Source of the DNA: Polyangiaceae bacterium
GTDB taxonomy: Bacteria; Myxococcota_A; Polyangia; Polyangiales; Polyangiaceae
Direction: 5' to 3'
Length of the DNA: 41,142 nt
Assembly (NCBI GenBank): GCA_035063585.1
Contig: JAPSGB010000039.1
Span: forward strand, 1-41,142
Position numbers and translations under genes: made by a program. The number at the start of each line of letters is the position of its first letter. Within the stretch, counting starts at the first letter, position 1. This document shows positions 37,766-41,142 of the stretch, one piece after another. The notes beneath the pieces were generated by a model. That model searched no databases and was not told where the DNA came from. It saw only the letters and a list, made by a program, of their open reading frames with translations.

Positions 37766-38060
37766 CCTCGGCGCGAGCGCGCCGGCGCTCCGACGACGCG
37801 GACGGCGTCGCGGCGGCAGCCAGGGGAAGGTCACGTGGGCGCGGGTCACGGCTCTCCGTTCGGGGTATGAGACGCTCTCCATCGCGTCAAGGAAGCGGAA
37901 AATACTTCTATGGTTTCCAATAGATACGCTCAACAGCCGAGGCAGCTCCGGAGGTCACTCCCAAGTACGCGTTCCAGCACGGGTTCCAGGCACCGAGCGG
38001 CGAAACCCCGTGCTTGTCAGGCCCTCGTCGTCCCCAGCTCTTCCGCGATGAACCAACAAG

Positions 38061-38080
38061 CTATCCACAAGTTATCCACA
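38061..38080 (+). promoter_or_regulatory. tandem DnaA boxes
   Basis: CTATCCACA (38061-38069) and a perfect TTATCCACA (38072-38080), 11 bp apart, in a comparatively AT-rich intergenic region. Confidence 0.7.
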
Positions 38081-38101
38081 GTTGGTCTGGGGGCCGAGGC
38101 A

Positions 38102-38207
38102 GGACCGGATCGCGACGAATCGAGCGCGCATCTCTGCGGAGGAGGAGGAGCACCCGTGGCACCGGACGCGCGCGGACCGGCTCGTGACGAATCGAGCGCA
38201 TCTCTGC
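38102..38207. repeat. imperfect 34-36-bp direct repeat pair with a 36-bp spacer
   Basis: GGACCGGATCGCGACGAATCGAGCGCGCATCTCTGC and GGACCGGCTCGTGACGAATCGAGCGCATCTCTGC. Confidence 0.8.
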
Positions 38208-38292
38208 TCGCGCGCCGCACGCCGGCCTGGGTCACGCCGCGCCGGGACCGTTCACGTCGCCCGGTGGCGGTTCGCTCCGCCCCGCGGGGGCG

Positions 38293-39414
38293 TCAGCTCG
38301 GACGCTGCGCGGCAGCGCGACGGCTCGCGCCGTTCGCGGGCTTGTCGCCCTTGGCGGCGTCCGCGTTCTCCTCGTCGGCGGGGGCGCTGGCGAGCTTGCG
38401 GTGGATGCCGTGATGCTCGAGCACCTTCGCCTCGAGCGCCACGAGCCGCTCCGGGTGCTGCTCGAGAAAGGAGCGTGCGTTGTCGCGACCCTGGCCGATG
38501 CGCTCGCCGTCCATCGAGTACCAGGCGCCGCTCTTCTGCACGAGGTTCAGATCCGACGCGATATCGATCACCTCGCCCGAGCGGCTCACGCCTTGCCCGT
38601 AGAGGATGTCGAACTCCACCTCGCGGAAGGGCGGCGCGAGCTTGTTCTTCACCACCTTCACGCGGGTGCGGTTGCCGACCACCACCATGTCCTTGCCCGA
38701 GGGCTGCGCCTCCTTGATGGCGCCGATGCGGCGCACGTCGAGCCGGACGGAGGCGTAGAATTTCAGTGCGTTTCCGCCGGAGGTCGTCTCGGGACTGCCG
38801 AACATGACCCCGATCTTCATTCGAATCTGGTTGGTGAAGAAGATCATGCACTGCGAGCGGTTCACCGAGCCGGTGAGCTTGCGGAGCGCCTGGCTCATGA
38901 GCCGCGCCTGGAGCCCGACGTGCGAGTCTCCCATGTCGCCCTCGATTTCCGCCTTCGGCACCAGCGCCGCCACCGAGTCGACCACGACCAGATCCACCGC
39001 GCCCGAGCGCACGAGCATGTCGGCGATTTCGAGGGCCTGCTCGCCGTAGTCGGGCTGGCTGACCAGGAGCTCGTCCGTCTTCACGCCGAGCTTCTTGGCG
39101 TAGTTGATGTCGAGGGCGTGCTCGGCGTCGATGAACGCCGCCACCCCGCCTTGGCGCTGGACATTGGCGATGGCGTGGAGCGTGAGCGTCGTCTTGCCGC
39201 TCGACTCCGGCCCGTAAATCTCGACGATGCGACCGCGCGGGTAGCCGCCGATGCCGAGCGCGATGTCGAGCCCGAGGGAGCCCGTGGGGATGACCGGGAC
39301 GTCCCCGTGGATCGTCTCGCCCTCGGCGAGGCGCATGATCGCGCCCTGGCCGAACTCTTTCTGCACGCTCGCGATGGCGAGCTCGAGGGCCTTGCTCTTC
39401 TGCTTGTCGTCCAT
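38293..39414 (-). CDS. recA: recombinase A
   Basis: [45 protein letters not shown] and [19 protein letters not shown]. Confidence 0.99.
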   Translation of the reverse strand: MDDKQKSKALELAIASVQKEFGQGAIMRLAEGETIHGDVPVIPTGSLGLDIALGIGGYPRGRIVEIYGPESSGKTTLTLHAIANVQRQGGVAAFIDAEHALDINYAKKLGVKTDELLVSQPDYGEQALEIADMLVRSGAVDLVVVDSVAALVPKAEIEGDMGDSHVGLQARLMSQALRKLTGSVNRSQCMIFFTNQIRMKIGVMFGSPETTSGGNALKFYASVRLDVRRIGAIKEAQPSGKDMVVVGNRTRVKVVKNKLAPPFREVEFDILYGQGVSRSGEVIDIASDLNLVQKSGAWYSMDGERIGQGRDNARSFLEQHPERLVALEAKVLEHHGIHRKLASAPADEENADAAKGDKPANGASRRAAAQRPS

Positions 39415-39438
39415 GTCGCCTCTCCCTAACGAGTCAGC

Positions 39439-39467
39439 AAGCTACTGCGCGGCTGTTCAGATGTCAA
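39439..39467 (-). promoter_or_regulatory. recA sigma70 promoter with a LexA-like (SOS) box in the spacer
   Basis: TTGACA-N17-TAGCTT. The spacer on the + strand, CTGCGCGGCTGTTCAGA, matches 14/17 of the Myxococcus xanthus LexA consensus CTRHAMRYBYGTTCAGS as I recall it. Confidence 0.8.
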
Positions 39468-39547
39468 CGCCGGCCGGGAACCGCGCGGAAGGACAATGAC
39501 CGAGCGCCCGCTCGCCCGAGGTTTTCGGCCGTTTCGCCTTCGCGCTC

Positions 39548-40819
39548 TCACCCCTCCCGGCTCGGGCGCTCCGGCGGGGGCCGGAGCGAGACCCCGGGCG
39601 GCACCTTTCGCACCTCGATGCGCTCGGCGCGCCTCGCCGAGGCGCGGAGCACGGTGAAGCGATAGCCCTGATGGTCGACCTCGTCTCCGACCCGCGGCAC
39701 GCGGCCGACCAACTCGGCGACGAAGCCGCCGATGGTCACCATCTCGTTCTCGTCGCCCTCCTCGAGGCCCAGGAGCTCGAACACCTTGCGCGTCTCCGCC
39801 CAGCCGCGACAGACGAGCGACTCGTCGGGGCGGCGCACGATGTGCGGGTCGACGCGGTCGCTCTCGTCCTCGATTTCGCCGACGATCTCCTCGAGCACGT
39901 CTTCCATGGTGACGAGCCCCTGGGTACCGCCGTACTCATCGACGACGAGCGCCAGGTGCCGGCGCTCCTCCTGGAAGGTCCGGAGCAGCCGCTCGAGCGG
40001 CATGCTCGACGGCACCACCAGCAGCGGGTCGAGCAGCGCCTTCCAGTCGAGCGCATCTTGCTCTTCACGCTGGCGAAAGAGCACGTCCTTGATGAGCACC
40101 ACTCCCTCGACCTTGTCGAGATCGCCGTCCGGCGTGAACGGGAACCGGCTGTGGCCGCTCTGGCGCGCGAGCGCGAGGTTCTGCTCGAGCGTCCGCTCGC
40201 CGGAGAACGCCACCACGCCGTTCCTGGGCACCATGACGTCATAAGCGGTGAGCTCGCGGAGCGCGGTCGCCCCCTCGATCATCTCCGCGGTGCGCTCGGT
40301 GAGCACGCCCTCGGTGCGCGCCATCGACGCGAGCAGCCGAATCTCGTCCACCGAGGTCACCGGCTGGGCGCGGCCGCGGCGCAGGAGTCCGGAGACCCCG
40401 CGGGTCAGAAACAGCACGGGCCGCAGCACGACGATGAGCCCCCGAACGTAATAGGCGACCGGGACCGCGAGCGCGCCGGCGTAGAGCACGCCGAGCGTCT
40501 TCGGGAGGATCTCGGAGAGCAGAAGGATGGTCACCGTGAAGGTGATGGAGAACGCCAAGAGCGTGCGCTCCCCGAAGAGATCCATGTACTTTGCGCCGGA
40601 GACCGCGCCGCCGATGGTGTTGGCAAAGGTGTTGAGCACCACGATGGCCGAGATGGGGGTGTCGATCTCGTCCTTGAAGCGCCGCATCATCCCGGCCACG
40701 CGCTTGCTCTCGAGGGCCTCGATTTGCACGCGGGTCACGCTGAGCAACACGGCCTCGGAGAGCGAGCAGACGAACGATACGACCAGCGCGATCGTCACCG
40801 CCAAGACGAGCACGGTCAT
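39548..40819 (-). CDS. hemolysin/CNNM-family protein (DUF21 - CBS pair - CorC/HlyC), probable Mg2+/Co2+ transporter
   Basis: SFVCSLSEAVLLS, SEILPKT, DVMVPR, HSRFP, VVDEYGGTQGLVTMEDVLEEIVGEIEDE and TIGGFV motifs. Confidence 0.95.
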   Translation of the reverse strand: MTVLVLAVTIALVVSFVCSLSEAVLLSVTRVQIEALESKRVAGMMRRFKDEIDTPISAIVVLNTFANTIGGAVSGAKYMDLFGERTLLAFSITFTVTILLLSEILPKTLGVLYAGALAVPVAYYVRGLIVVLRPVLFLTRGVSGLLRRGRAQPVTSVDEIRLLASMARTEGVLTERTAEMIEGATALRELTAYDVMVPRNGVVAFSGERTLEQNLALARQSGHSRFPFTPDGDLDKVEGVVLIKDVLFRQREEQDALDWKALLDPLLVVPSSMPLERLLRTFQEERRHLALVVDEYGGTQGLVTMEDVLEEIVGEIEDESDRVDPHIVRRPDESLVCRGWAETRKVFELLGLEEGDENEMVTIGGFVAELVGRVPRVGDEVDHQGYRFTVLRASARRAERIEVRKVPPGVSLRPPPERPSREG

Positions 40820-40896
40820 CGGCCGCGCACCGCCGCGCCCGGGCGCCGCCGCTCGCCCGAGACCCTGCTCCGCGGGGCTGGCATGCGGCGCCCACG

Positions 40897-41142
40897 TTAG
40901 CACTTTCGTCGCCGCGCGCGACCCGCGCCGCCCGGCGGGAGCCCGAGGCTCCGCGCCGTGGCGCGCACCAGATCCGTCTCGGCGGGCCCGACCGCGTCGC
41001 TCGCCGGGGCGCTCCGGTCGCTCGCGAGCGAGGGCGTTCCGTCTCCGGCGGCGGCGCCGAACGCCGTCGCGGCGGGGGGAGGCGCGACGACGCCGAGCGT
41101 CGGCGCGGGCTCCGTAGGTCGAGACATCAGCGCGACCCCGAG
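40897..41142 (-). CDS. 3' end of a gene entering from the right edge (hydrophobic stretch, then Pro/Ala-rich tail)
   Basis: The frame is open to the window edge (LGVALMSRPTEPAP...) and ends at TAA 40897-40899. Confidence 0.5.
   Translation of the reverse strand, partial: LGVALMSRPTEPAPTLGVVAPPPAATAFGAAAGDGTPSLASDRSAPASDAVGPAETDLVRATARSLGLPPGGAGRARRRKC

Noticed and set aside
37860..38100. oriC call
   Set aside because: Only two DnaA boxes, and no dnaA, dnaN or gidA in the window.
38102..38255. Formal CRISPR array call
   Set aside because: Only two imperfect repeats and no cas genes; kept as a repeat and a finding.
40897..40905. TTAGCACTT as a CIRCE element
   Set aside because: Only an imperfect half-site that coincides with a stop codon; no GAGTGCTAA arm.

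Overview
Very high-GC (roughly 70-75% by eye) chromosomal segment that reads as a myxobacterium, most likely Polyangiales (Sorangium/Polyangium-like). This is inferred from romR next to valS, four Hanks-type kinase-fold genes, an FHA-sigma54 activator and a MYXO-CTERM-like protein. About 28 genes are supported. Housekeeping genes: skp, fabZ, hrcA, romR, valS, a surA-like gene, recA and a CNNM/hemolysin-family transporter. Accessory and signalling genes: a STAND-type kinase coupled to a sterol-GT-like glycosyltransferase, an FHA enhancer-binding protein, an epimerase, a cNMP-binding protein, a kinase-LysM-kinase-DUF58-vWA cluster, a pseudokinase-DsbA-DsbA fusion and an FN3/beta-barrel pair. The left end holds decayed IS4- and IS3-family remnants and a lipoprotein gene frameshifted by a 7-bp duplication. 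Non-coding signals: three sigma54 promoters, a recA promoter with a myxobacterial LexA-like box, tandem DnaA boxes, a dispersed ~26-bp double-hairpin repeat (6 copies, two bracketing one gene) and a recurring -10 box directly before start codons, suggesting leaderless mRNAs. I found no rRNA, tRNA or convincing CRISPR array. All family assignments come from motif recognition by eye, not database searches.
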